A stretch of DNA of 63,275 nt, the filler included, from Licmophora abbreviata (lineage: Eukaryota): the NCBI GenBank assembly GCA_900291995.1. It is 15 parts of 15 records of this genome, joined end to end, with 100 filler letters (N's around TTAATTAATTAA, not from the genome) between each part and the next. Parts side by side here need not be neighbours in the genome. Positions count along the whole stretch, not along the records: positions 24,371 to 29,626 come from OLMU01001305.1; positions 29,727 to 32,617 come from OLMU01001306.1; positions 32,718 to 36,255 come from OLMU01001307.1; 12 more parts are not named here. One strand, given 5' to 3'. Made by a program: the position numbers and the translations under genes. The notes beneath the pieces were generated by a model. The model searched no databases. It had not been told where the DNA came from and saw only the letters and a program-made list of their open reading frames with translations. How positions within the stretch are numbered: position 1 is the first letter of the stretch; each line of letters starts with the position of its first letter. Shown here piece after piece: positions 24,836 through 35,325 of the stretch.

Positions 24836-26101
24836 TCAAACTGCGAGAGTAGCGAGCAGAAGCTCACATTCGGATGCGCACAAAGACAGCCAGTGTAGGT
24901 TGGACGCCATGCAATAGATTACGCGAGCCCATCCCGTATCATCGGAAGGCTCTAGCTGAGCCAATTCACACGGTCCGATTCGACCACGAGACATATCAAA
25001 CGGCAATGGGGGTGTACAGACATCCATTTCTTGCATCATTCCAATCACGTGACGGCAAAGTTGATCCAGCAACGCATTCGCGGCTCGCAGAGCAGAAGAC
25101 ATGTTTGCGCGAGCGTCTCGCAAATTTCCACCAAGATTGAACACTTGTCGTCGTTTGCCTTCCAAGTAAATGAGTTTCGCGCAAGAGGTAATCGGCACGA
25201 TACGCCAATCATTAGAACGAAAACTGACGCTAGCCGCAACCAAGAGCATTAGCTGCGCAGCTTGTGACCAAGCGGCATTGATCTCAGTCCAGTGAACATC
25301 TCCCTTCGGCCGATAGGCCAATCGAAGGTCATTGATCAGTGGGTATCTGAGTCCACGCTTATCGACAACGAGGTCGAACAGCACGGAGTGTACTCGGACC
25401 TCCGACAAAGCCTGAATTTCATCCTGCGTCGAACGAAGCTTGTCAGCAAACTGATGATGAACGTGGCCAAACGCACGGGCTTCAAGGTGAATTGAATTTT
25501 TCTGGTCTTCTATGCAATGAACAGTGTGATCCAGCTCCTGAGATATGGTTGTCTGTTCGTGCTGAAGAAAGCGCAGATTCCTTAGTTCGCTCTCGTGTTG
25601 CTCGCAAGCATCATTGAATGCCCCAATTTCATCAAGAAAGTTTGCTTCGGTCTCTTCAATCATTGCTTCTACGCCCGGTCCGTGACTGGATCCCGAATGA
25701 CTCCATCGCGCTGCCATCAATGCTGCTCGAAGCTTGTCCTGTCGTTCTTTTTCGTCGGTTACGGCTTTGCGATACGCGACGCACTCGTCTTCCAGCCGTT
25801 CCGTGTCGGCATCAATCGCGCGAATCACTCGCTCTATACAATATTGACACAACGCGACTCCTATGTCGTTGTCGTTTTGTGGCAGAGCTTTTCCTTGTCC
25901 AGCTCGGAGAAGCGCCGAAGCGTGACGAGCCGTGTCGAGGAATCCCGGTTCCTGCGCTTCGTGATGATACATGTCGCGTTCATCAAACCAAGACGGATGC
26001 GCTAAATGAACAAAAGACCTCTCCATTCCCTGTCGATCTTCTGGAACTGATGAGTAGTTCCCGCAAGTGCAACTTTGCATCTTCATATGACTGTTCGCCA
26101 T
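24836..26101 (-). CDS. ATG6: Beclin-1 / Atg6 autophagy protein (upstream exon possible)
   Basis: SFVHL, LCQYC, a long coiled coil, then the BARA motif INDLRLAYRPKGDVHWTEINAAWSQAAQL and W..VIYCMASNLHWL. Confidence 0.88.
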   Translation of the reverse strand: MANSHMKMQSCTCGNYSSVPEDRQGMERSFVHLAHPSWFDERDMYHHEAQEPGFLDTARHASALLRAGQGKALPQNDNDIGVALCQYCIERVIRAIDADTERLEDECVAYRKAVTDEKERQDKLRAALMAARWSHSGSSHGPGVEAMIEETEANFLDEIGAFNDACEQHESELRNLRFLQHEQTTISQELDHTVHCIEDQKNSIHLEARAFGHVHHQFADKLRSTQDEIQALSEVRVHSVLFDLVVDKRGLRYPLINDLRLAYRPKGDVHWTEINAAWSQAAQLMLLVAASVSFRSNDWRIVPITSCAKLIYLEGKRRQVFNLGGNLRDARANMSSALRAANALLDQLCRHVIGMMQEMDVCTPPLPFDMSRGRIGPCELAQLEPSDDTGWARVIYCMASNLHWLSLCASECELLLATLAV

Positions 26102-26601
26102 GGTCAAGTTCTATTCAAGGAGTGAGGAAGCCGTCGAACTTCGAGCAGAACTTTATACAGACAATTTGGGAAAAAGAATACGTTGTATACGACAAATATT
26201 CATGCGGGAGCGCCATGATCAGGTTGCTAAAAAATCCCGACGAGCATCACGGTCGGCAGCCGCTTCGTTTCTTGAGCAATTCCACCATCGCGGTACGGCA
26301 TTGAACAACTGCTGATATTGATATCGAACCTTTATATAGTTGACCAGAGATTGAGCTGCAATGGCGTGATCCGAAAGAAGCCGCCTTGGTGCTGTTTGAG
26401 TGTCGCACTGGCTGCCGAATTCGCGTCAATGGTCATCACGCACCGTGAAGGATCTTGACTCGCGAAGTGGAGTTATGTATTATGTCATAGACAAACTGCA
26501 CTGTTCAAGCATACGCTAATTACGCTAGGGCTTACTCACGATGCAGGCGTAATCAATCAGATGATCAGCATTGAATAAAGCACTAGCGACGACCACGACA
26601 A

Positions 26602-27380
26602 TCATCCTGTGTTGCTGCTGCTGCTGATGCTATCCTCACAGTCTTGATTCAATCCGATCGATGACGAGGTGATATCACTGGCCTGAAGGAGCGATTCAAT
26701 CTTCTCCTGCATACTTCCGATTCGAATCTTGTCGATGAAGCTCACAATCTTGAACAGCTCTTCAGCCTGGTAAAGGACACTATCTATGTCATCGCCGTGA
26801 TCCTCGACGTCACGTTCGATCAAGTCAAATTGCTGTCTCATACTCGCCACCTCTCCAGTGAGAATCACTTCACTTGCCTCGACATCAAACACCTCGTGTT
26901 TGATAGTTCCCATCTTTGATTTCAGATCAGAAACATCGTTCAAGACGTCATCGATCACCTCAGCCTTGTTCGAATCGTCAGTCTTCTTTGCAGTGAGGTC
27001 GGCGACAACGCCGTCGATTCTTGCATTAAGCTCCATGGCGAGAATATCCACTTTTCCAAACAATTTCATCGCGCATGCTTCAATCTTGTCGTCAACGCTT
27101 TCAATTTTGGCTTCTAGATCTGCCGCGATTGCATCAATCCTGGCGAGGATTATGTTGGAGACATTTTGCATGCTGCTGACGGGCTTATTTCTTGAGACCA
27201 CTGAGTCTCTAGCAGGTCCCTCGACTCTGTCTGAGGAGATGGTCTGAAAGGGAAAGAGGAATGAACATTAGAACGCGATGCTTGTTGGAGCGAAACCTTG
27301 ACGCTGCCTCGTCGATCGGGATTGTTTGGTCGCGACGTCGGACTTACCGCGTTGCTACTCTTCTTGTTGTTGATCATCAT
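26602..27380 (-). CDS. Hypothetical coiled-coil protein
   Basis: Short exon 27348-27380 (GTAAGT donor) splices to the ORF ending at 26602 (intron about 27244..27347). The sequence is acidic and heptad-rich. Confidence 0.6.
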
Positions 27381-27734
27381 GTGTGAGAGAGAGCCTTTGA
27401 CTATTCAGCAAACTGTGCGACCCTAGTATGACTGTCATGGTTTTCTCTTGACGTAGCAAAGGGAGAGTAACCGCCCTTAGACCTCGTTGCCTGCTGAAAC
27501 CGCCATCATCGCCCGAGCGAGAACCGTAGTAGACTATGGAATTCCTGATTCCGCGCGTCTGTGCTTAGTCCCATTCTGTCAACTAACTTTCGAACTTGAA
27601 GGTATCTTCATAACCGCTCTACTCGTAGTTCTCACTGGGCTGCAGACTCTTCCCTTTTCCATCCCATTGCGCTCTTTCTCATTATTTCTAAGTTTATCAT
27701 CAACCTCCCAGTACTCTGCCTCTTGTGCTTGACC

Positions 27735-28547
27735 ATGAGAATCATTGCCGCCATCGTCGTAGCACTTACAGCTAGTGCTGTATCAGCTTTCTCCACGCCG
27801 AAGGCCACGTTCACGCGTACGTCTCCCATTCGCCTTTCTGAAGTTGCCGCAACGGAGGAAGACGTCTCTGCCCCTGAACCCGTTGTCTCCCCCACATGCA
27901 TACCCAAGGCCGATGTTCTGGCATCGCCTAATACGATCGAATTCCAGACGATGTGGGATCCTCTCAACTTGGCCGACTGGGGAAGTGACGAGACCCTCGC
28001 TTGGTTCCGCCATTCTGAGGTAAAGCACGGCCGCATTGCCATGGCTGCGTTCACTGGATGGTGGGCTGTGGGGGCCGGCTTGCGTATCCCAGGAGAGCTT
28101 TCGTATGGCCTTTCGTTTGAATCGATCCCTTCCAAGGGACTTGAAGCATGGGATGCAGTTCCTGGGTGGGGAAAGGTACAGATGCTTGCTTTTGCAGGGC
28201 TCATCGAGTTCCACGATGAGCTCTTCCATTCTCGCCGGGGAACACACTATCTCCGAGGAGGAACTCCTGGAAAGGTGAGTTGTGGTCACGGTGACGTTCG
28301 TTTTGAGCTGTCTCCTTGCCGGAAGCGTCTCACTGTGAGGATTTCTTGTATCTTGCGTGCCCTGGTATAGAACATGGTTCCTGGCTTGTATGATCCGCTT
28401 GGGCTCTCAAAGAACAAAAGTGAAGAGACCCTGGCCCGCGGGCGCGACGTCGAGATCAAGAATGGTCGCCTTGCTATGATTGGAGTAGCCGGCATGTACG
28501 CTGCTGCCACAATCCCTGGAGCTGTGCCTCTCCAGCCAGATTGCTGA
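27735..28547 (+). CDS. Fucoxanthin-chlorophyll a/c light-harvesting protein (probably Lhcq-type)
   Basis: Motifs WDPLNLA, WFRHSEVKHGRIAMAAF, HYLRGGTPG, YDPLG and EIKNGRLAMIG. Presequence ends VSAF. Intron 28275..28370. Confidence 0.95.
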
Positions 28548-28690
28548 AAAAGCATCGATCTTGCATCCTCTGGCGTATGTCATATCATCCAAGTGATGTA
28601 TCTGTGCACACCGTCACTGTGTGTAGCATGTAGACTATAAGATTCCCCGATATCGACTTTAAACAGAGTGCCGCTCTACTTTCATAACGC

Positions 28691-29365
28691 CTATATGTTA
28701 GTCTCTTCAGAGGCCCGTTTCGGTGAAGCCCCCGTTGTGAGAAAATCCAAATGAATCAACACTCTCGTAACTAAGCACAACGCGCGCCACTTTTCTTGTC
28801 CTTTCCCCTCGTTGATTTTCACAGCCTCTCTACCGTGCAGTTGGATGACAGTATCCCATGTACCTTTATGAGCATCCTCGTTCTCGCGAGGATCTGGAAG
28901 TAGGTTCTCCAGCTCTTCTAATACAGTCGTGCATCCGGGAGAGCATTGTGGTTCCGAGAAGGCACGAATCTGACCGTGATCCGAGCTCGACCTTATTAGG
29001 GATTCGACAATGGAAAACGTTTGAGCAGAAGCTCCAGAGGAATCCGTTGCTTTCTGTGCTTTGTCCAATCGCTTCGATAGAAAGGAGTCTAACATCAGGT
29101 AAATGAGCTCGTTCGCGTCGTTCGTGTCCACCTCTTCATCCAACAGGTTCTGCAGAAATCTCCACCTGTTGAAGTTGTCTGTCAAGTCAAACCTCTCGAT
29201 GACGCTGCCATGAGATATTCCTAAGCGGAAGTTATGCCTTACGAAGCTCTGTCGAACCACGAAGGCCTCGGACGACCGGCGCATCAGCTGGAAGCAAAAC
29301 GTAAGTAGAAACATCACGAAGGGAGTTGTCCGCAAGGATCCTCGGAAAGCTGCACACTCAGTCAT
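28691..29365 (-). CDS. Hypothetical protein, probably plastid-targeted
   Basis: 224-aa ORF with a hydrophobic leader and SEAF site. Core includes RWRFLQNLLD and WDTVIQLHGRE. Confidence 0.65.
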   Translation of the reverse strand: MTECAAFRGSLRTTPFVMFLLTFCFQLMRRSSEAFVVRQSFVRHNFRLGISHGSVIERFDLTDNFNRWRFLQNLLDEEVDTNDANELIYLMLDSFLSKRLDKAQKATDSSGASAQTFSIVESLIRSSSDHGQIRAFSEPQCSPGCTTVLEELENLLPDPRENEDAHKGTWDTVIQLHGREAVKINEGKGQEKWRALCLVTRVLIHLDFLTTGASPKRASEETNI

Positions 29366-29982
29366 GGATATTACCGAGCTAGGTGAGTCCTCAGTTCCTT
29401 TTCCCCCTTTATGCGATAGAGGACTGAAGCAGATGGAACCCCCTGGACAGAAACGTCACGTTGGTGTTGTGGATTGTTGTTATTGCAGATATCGCCGTGT
29501 GTCTGTCCGAGTTTGGCGGGGAAAACGCGCGTGGTTGGCTCTTTCCTACGGTTGCTCATCGATGACGTCACGGAGGTACCCGGTACCCGGTATGCACATC
29601 TGACACTGCAATCAGTGCGAAGAAACNNNNNNNNNNNNNNNNNNNNNNNNNNNNNNNNNNNNNNNNNNNNTTAATTAATTAANNNNNNNNNNNNNNNNNN
29701 NNNNNNNNNNNNNNNNNNNNNNNNNNACAAATCAGAGCATGCGACGCCGTCGAATGTACTTGTACGGCTGTTGTTGTTATTGGTGGTGGTTGTACTACAA
29801 AGGCTGTAGAGGAAGAGCTGAAAGTCGACTTGATCCGTGATCATTTTTCTTGACACCCAGCTTCCATTCTCTGATGTGTCCTGTATTCCTTCTTTGGTAT
29901 TCCAACACTCTCTGATTGCTGATTGATACCCAGTGCACCCAGGAGCAAGGAGACTCCATTGAGGGCATCTTTTAATCCCAAC

Positions 29983-31533
29983 ATGTCAGCTTCCGAGAGG
30001 TTGCCATCCCTTTTCTGTGCGATTGAATCTCAAGATCAACTGTCGGACGAAGATCTCACTCGCCATCTGCACCATTTTCTGGATGCCATTGGCACGCGAG
30101 AAGATGTTATGATCCTTCCTCCCGATTACACTCGCTTTCACTCGCAGGCAGGAAAACTCACCAGAATGGTGACTGAATACTATAAGTTCGTCGAGCCCGA
30201 GAGAAACACGGACGAGACCCCTTCGAAGCTGGCGAGGAAGGACCACTCTGGTACACCGAGCATTCAAATTCTACCTGCTTTGGGCACACATGCCCCCATG
30301 ACCGAATCTCAAATCAAGTCCATGTTTGGAAAGAATTTGGCTGCCAAAGTGCCTAGTCCGTTCATGGTGCATGACTGGCGCAACGACGTCGTGACCATAG
30401 GACATGCCCCCTCGGAGATGGTCAGTGAAGCCACCTATGGGATGGTCAATGAGCCGTGGCCAGCGCAACTCAACAAGCATGTATGGGAAAAACGCAAACA
30501 CGACCCGAGGTCCCAGCCACACAAGTCTCTTGTTCTCTCTATTGGTCAGGTCGTCCCTCATGAAGTTATGGGCATGGCGAACTTCAACAAGAACTTATTC
30601 GTGGGTGCTGGTGGGCTCGATTCATTGAATCTATCTCATTTTATCGGCAGTGTCTACGGAATGGAAAGAATGATGGGACGGGCATCGAATCCGTTGCGCT
30701 CCATCTTGAACTATGCTAGTGAACATTTTCTTCAGGGGGAGCTCGACCTCTGGTATATACTGACTGTCATGGGGACTGACGAAACGACTGGAGATCTGCA
30801 GATGAAAGGCTTCTACATTGGAAACGACATCGAGTGCTACAACAGAGCCTGCGCGCTGAGCTGTAACGTCAACTTTTCGTTGCTTGACAAGTCACCCTCG
30901 AAAATTGTGGTGCACCTAGACAAAGATGAGTTCCATTCGACTTGGCTGGGAAACAAAGCTATTTATCGAACTCGCATGGCGATAGCCAATGACGGCGTCC
31001 TAATCGTTCTTGCTCCAGGCGTCGGTCGGTTCGGCGAGGATGAGCAGGTGGACAAGCTGATTCGAAAGTATGGATATATAGGGACACCAGCCATTATGCA
31101 GGCAATGAGTGAGAACGAGGAACTCAAGGACAACTTGTCGGCGGTTGCGCATCTCATCCACGGGTCCACTGAAGGAAGATTTCGGGTAGTCTACTGCCCC
31201 GGCCACCTCACTCGGGAAGAAGTTGAGTCTGTTGGATTTGAGTACGGAGACCTAACGGAAATGGAACAGCGCTACGAAGCACGTGAAATGAAAGATGGAT
31301 GGAATACAGAGAAGTCTGAGGACGGCGAAGAGATAGACTTCTACTACATTAGCAATCCTGCGCTCGGTCTTTGGGCCGTTCCGAGTCGTTTCGAAGACAG
31401 TGAGAAGGTTGGGGGCGCAGGTGGAGGGGAAGTGAAGCAGGAAGCCCTCACAGGCCTCATCTCGTTGAACCAGCAGGCATCAGGTGGAAGTGGAGGTGTC
31501 GGCGGCTGGGCGCAGCCACCACCATCAGACTGA
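29983..31533 (+). CDS. Lactate racemase (LarA/DUF2088) family protein
   Basis: Intronless. Motifs ILPPDYTRFHS, LPALGTHAPMT, VHDW, IGQVVPHEVMGMANFNKNLF, and GNKAIYR...GVLIVLAPG. Confidence 0.85.
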   Translation: MSASERLPSLFCAIESQDQLSDEDLTRHLHHFLDAIGTREDVMILPPDYTRFHSQAGKLTRMVTEYYKFVEPERNTDETPSKLARKDHSGTPSIQILPALGTHAPMTESQIKSMFGKNLAAKVPSPFMVHDWRNDVVTIGHAPSEMVSEATYGMVNEPWPAQLNKHVWEKRKHDPRSQPHKSLVLSIGQVVPHEVMGMANFNKNLFVGAGGLDSLNLSHFIGSVYGMERMMGRASNPLRSILNYASEHFLQGELDLWYILTVMGTDETTGDLQMKGFYIGNDIECYNRACALSCNVNFSLLDKSPSKIVVHLDKDEFHSTWLGNKAIYRTRMAIANDGVLIVLAPGVGRFGEDEQVDKLIRKYGYIGTPAIMQAMSENEELKDNLSAVAHLIHGSTEGRFRVVYCPGHLTREEVESVGFEYGDLTEMEQRYEAREMKDGWNTEKSEDGEEIDFYYISNPALGLWAVPSRFEDSEKVGGAGGGEVKQEALTGLISLNQQASGGSGGVGGWAQPPPSD

Positions 31534-31630
31534 TTTGGCGATCGACATGCCAGTAGTGCGGCATGAAATGAACACGGAATCTTGGAATGGTTGTATCAAC
31601 AGGGACTTATATCTCTAGCTAGCTTTAAGC

Positions 31631-33099
31631 TCACACGTTGAATCGAAAAAGGATCACATCTCCTTCCTGAACAACGTAGTCCTTGCCTTCACTTCTCAGT
31701 TTCCCCTGCGATTTGGCTGCTGATTCGCTCCCACAATCTACAAGATCCTCATACGAGATGGTCTCTGCTCGGATAAAGCCTCGCTCAAAATCATTGTGAA
31801 TCACGCCGGCCGCTTGTGGAGCCTTCCACCCTCGCTGGATCGTCCAGGCGCGAGTTTCCGTGGGTCCTGCCGTGTAGTATGTTTGTAGCTTAAGAATATC
31901 ATAGGCTTCCCGTACAAGGGCTCTGAGTCCGCAATTTTCAAGGGTGACACCAAGGGATTCGAGGAACTCGTCACGGCTCTCGTCGTCCAGTTCAACAAGC
32001 TCTGCTTCGACCTGAGCAGAAACAATGACCACTTTCGCCCCTTCAGTGTCAGCGACCTCTTTGAGACGGTTTACCATTTCGTTGCCAGACGCCAGGTCTG
32101 AATCGGCGACATTTGCGGTATAAATCATCTTCTTTGCTGTGAGCAGTCCAAGACTCTTGATTGCCTGTTCTTCTTCTTCATCCAATTCCGCGTTGCGTGC
32201 AGGCTCGTCGTTTTCGAGGACAGCAAACACCTTCTCGAGCGCCTGTTTTTCAACGGGGTCCACGTTTCTATCCTTCTTGACTCTGGCAAGTCGTTTCTCC
32301 ACCTGGGCCAAGTCCGCAAATGCCAGTTCGAGATTGATGAGTTCCGCATCACGAACCGGGTCGACTGAGCCGTCAACGTGAACAACATTATCGTCTTCAA
32401 AACAGCGAACGACGTGAACAATCGCATCGCACTGTCGAATGGTGGCGAGAAACTGGTTTCCCAATCCTTCTCCGTCCGACGCGCCCTTGACAAGACCCGC
32501 AACATCGACGAACTCCAGCGTGGCCGGGACGACCTTAGCACTGCTATGAATTCCTTCCAGGACCGAGAGTTTGGGATCCGGAACCTCCACTATGCCAATA
32601 TTAGGCTCGATGGTGCANNNNNNNNNNNNNNNNNNNNNNNNNNNNNNNNNNNNNNNNNNNNTTAATTAATTAANNNNNNNNNNNNNNNNNNNNNNNNNNN
32701 NNNNNNNNNNNNNNNNNGAGGATACGGAAACGGACAGCATGTGAGGATACTTAAATGTCAGTGGCGGCTTTGCAAACAACGACAAGAAGACAGACGACTG
32801 GGATCAGCCTACGCGTGTCCGGAACCCTAACTCACAGGGAAGTTGGCAGCTTGAGCACCTTGCGACTCTGTGAGAGCATTGAAGAGCGTGGATTTCCCTA
32901 CGTTTGGCAATCCTACAATTGCCGTTTGAAGCTTCATGGAAAGCCGCGTAGCCGAGTACCTTCGAAGTGACGAGGAATCAAACTTCGATCCAGCAGCAGC
33001 AGTATTAGTGAAGGTAGAAGAAGAAACGAAGGCCATCGTCCGCTTTGATGCGGCCATGATACCCCAGACCATGGTTAAAGCAGGAATGAAAAACTTCAT
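31631..33099 (-). CDS. ychF: YchF/OLA1 Obg-family ATPase, organelle-targeted (spans gap)
   Basis: Motifs [51 protein letters not shown], and TGS domain [18 protein letters not shown]. The intron starting at 32835 contains the gap. Confidence 0.95.
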
Positions 33100-33541
33100 G
33101 AGAAGACGGCTGAGCAAAGCGGAAACACACGTCGAGTGGCTGTGACGATGAGCCACACAGTGTCCTGGTCGCTTTTCGGATGATGGATGGGTGGTGACGA
33201 AGCGAAACAAGAAACATCAACGCAAATCGCGCGGAAGAGGGAACACAGCTCGGCGAGACGTGGCCGCGGGTGATCTCGCGGATGATTGATAGAACGTAAA
33301 TTTCCTACTGAAAGATACATGCATGAATAGTGGTATGCATCTAGAGTAGAAGACTTCCCTCCGACCGCCTCACATAACACATAATCTTACACGCGCGCAG
33401 GCCGATTTGCGCGTCAGGCACCCTCACCGCGATAAACGTTCCACCGTGCCAAGCCGCACCTCTACCGCGGTACCTGTACCCGTACCAAAGTACCAACACA
33501 CATCCAACCTCCCTTCACCCACCCCGAGGTTCCAAAAAACC

Positions 33542-35029
33542 ATGGGAGAAGCACCCGGGGTTTCAGTCACTGAAGAGCAGACGGACCGGATGATGGGAAC
33601 TGACGCGATAAGAACAGAAGTCATCCACGAGTGGACCAGCACGACGAGCATTCATGGTCTGCAGTACATGTCTGATTATCATTACCGGAGTTGGAAACGC
33701 ATACTGTTTGCCATCTTGTTCCTCACCTGTCTCGGTCTCTTGGGATGGAACCTGGGTGTCATTATCGAGAATTATTTGAGGTTTGACACGACCACGTCTA
33801 GTCAGACCATAGCCCCAACGTCCCTCGACTTTCCCGACATTACTGCTTGCAATATCAACCCTTTCCAAGCATCCAGAGTCGACGCGACGGGTATTGTTTC
33901 TCCGAAGAACGACGAACAGGTTGATCTTGTCTCTCAGCCTCTCGACGACTTCATCTTCTGGACGGAGTTCAGTGGCGAGGCTCTCGACAATGCAGACTAC
34001 TGGACTCAAACCATCACAGACAATGGAAGATGCTGGACGTTTCACACCAACGAAAGGGTCTCCAGGCCTGGATTGTCAAATGGACTATTTTTTGGCGTCT
34101 TCATCGATCGGAATGAATATTACCAAGGATCTGATGTGGAGGGCATCTATATTTATATTACCGAGCCCAACTCCACGAGCACTCTCACGGTCGAACGGCC
34201 GGTTACGGATTTGGGGCCTGGCGTGGTTCACACCGTTTTCCTCGATGTCACCAAGTTCGACAGGGAGGAAGATTCCCCTTGGTCCACGTGTGTCAAGACC
34301 CCCACAAACTTTAACCAACCAGCTTGTCGAGCCGAGTGCTTCTTTGACTCGCAGATACAGCAATGTGGATGCCGTCTCTTAGGAGATAACCGTCCTGCGA
34401 GTCTACAATTTGACTATTGCGAGTTGGAATTTGCCGATGACGATTTTTCAGTTTGCGAAGCGTTGCCTGAGACGCTGGATTGTGCTTGCCCAGATCCTCC
34501 ATGCAAGGAGACTACTTATGACATCCGATCCTCGTCACTTCAATTGTCTCCGGATCTTGTGGAGTTGTCTGGCACCATCCTGCTTGCCGATAGCACTACT
34601 GATGAAGTGGATGCAGAGCTCCTCGATCAGTTTGTGCGGAACAACATTCTTTTTGTGGACCTCAACTTTGAGCAAATTCGGCAGCAGGAAGTCACGGAAC
34701 GCAAAGCTGTCACACCATCAGGCCTGCTTGCCGCCATTGGCGGTTTGCTCGGTTTCTTCTTGGGCATTTCGGTTTTCAGTTTTGCAGAAGTATTTGATTT
34801 ATGTTTCCTTCGACTGCTTCCCCGTTCATGGGGCGAACGACGACTTTACGGCGTCGGAAGCATTGTTGAGAGTGGAACACCTTCTAGAAGGACTGCCAAT
34901 GCAAGCACAAACTTTGTTGACAAGCAGACAAAGTCTACTAAGAGCCTTGAGAAGACAGGCACGGATGAGGTGGACGATGGAGGAACTGGCTTTGCAGTAG
35001 ACTGGACCAATGATGCTCTTGCCGCTTGA
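33542..35029 (+). CDS. DEG/ENaC/ASIC-family ion channel subunit
   Basis: Pre-TM1 TTSIHG, TM1, FPDITACNINPF, GRCWTF, a Cys-rich thumb (C..EC, QCGC, C.C.DPPC), and TM2 LLAAIGGLLGFFLGISVFSFAE. Confidence 0.9.
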   Translation: MGEAPGVSVTEEQTDRMMGTDAIRTEVIHEWTSTTSIHGLQYMSDYHYRSWKRILFAILFLTCLGLLGWNLGVIIENYLRFDTTTSSQTIAPTSLDFPDITACNINPFQASRVDATGIVSPKNDEQVDLVSQPLDDFIFWTEFSGEALDNADYWTQTITDNGRCWTFHTNERVSRPGLSNGLFFGVFIDRNEYYQGSDVEGIYIYITEPNSTSTLTVERPVTDLGPGVVHTVFLDVTKFDREEDSPWSTCVKTPTNFNQPACRAECFFDSQIQQCGCRLLGDNRPASLQFDYCELEFADDDFSVCEALPETLDCACPDPPCKETTYDIRSSSLQLSPDLVELSGTILLADSTTDEVDAELLDQFVRNNILFVDLNFEQIRQQEVTERKAVTPSGLLAAIGGLLGFFLGISVFSFAEVFDLCFLRLLPRSWGERRLYGVGSIVESGTPSRRTANASTNFVDKQTKSTKSLEKTGTDEVDDGGTGFAVDWTNDALAA

Positions 35030-35325
35030 AAGTTGACAACGCTTTGAGTGTAGAGTAGGAATCGATCCAGTACCAGGTAGGCATTTGAAATAAACGGTGT
35101 AGTGACAATCAAGCCAAAATGGCTTTCCCACCTCTACAGCTTGTCACAGCTGCCGTCTGGACTCGTTTAGTTTACAATCTGCTATGACAGCTCTACCTGG
35201 TAGTCTAGTATGACACGAGTCGGGGCCATGCATTTTGTAAAACATTGATTGTACTATACTATAATCACCTTCAACAATCACAACATTCAATCTCGTCATT
35301 ATTCATGCTAATTGAAATGGAGCGC

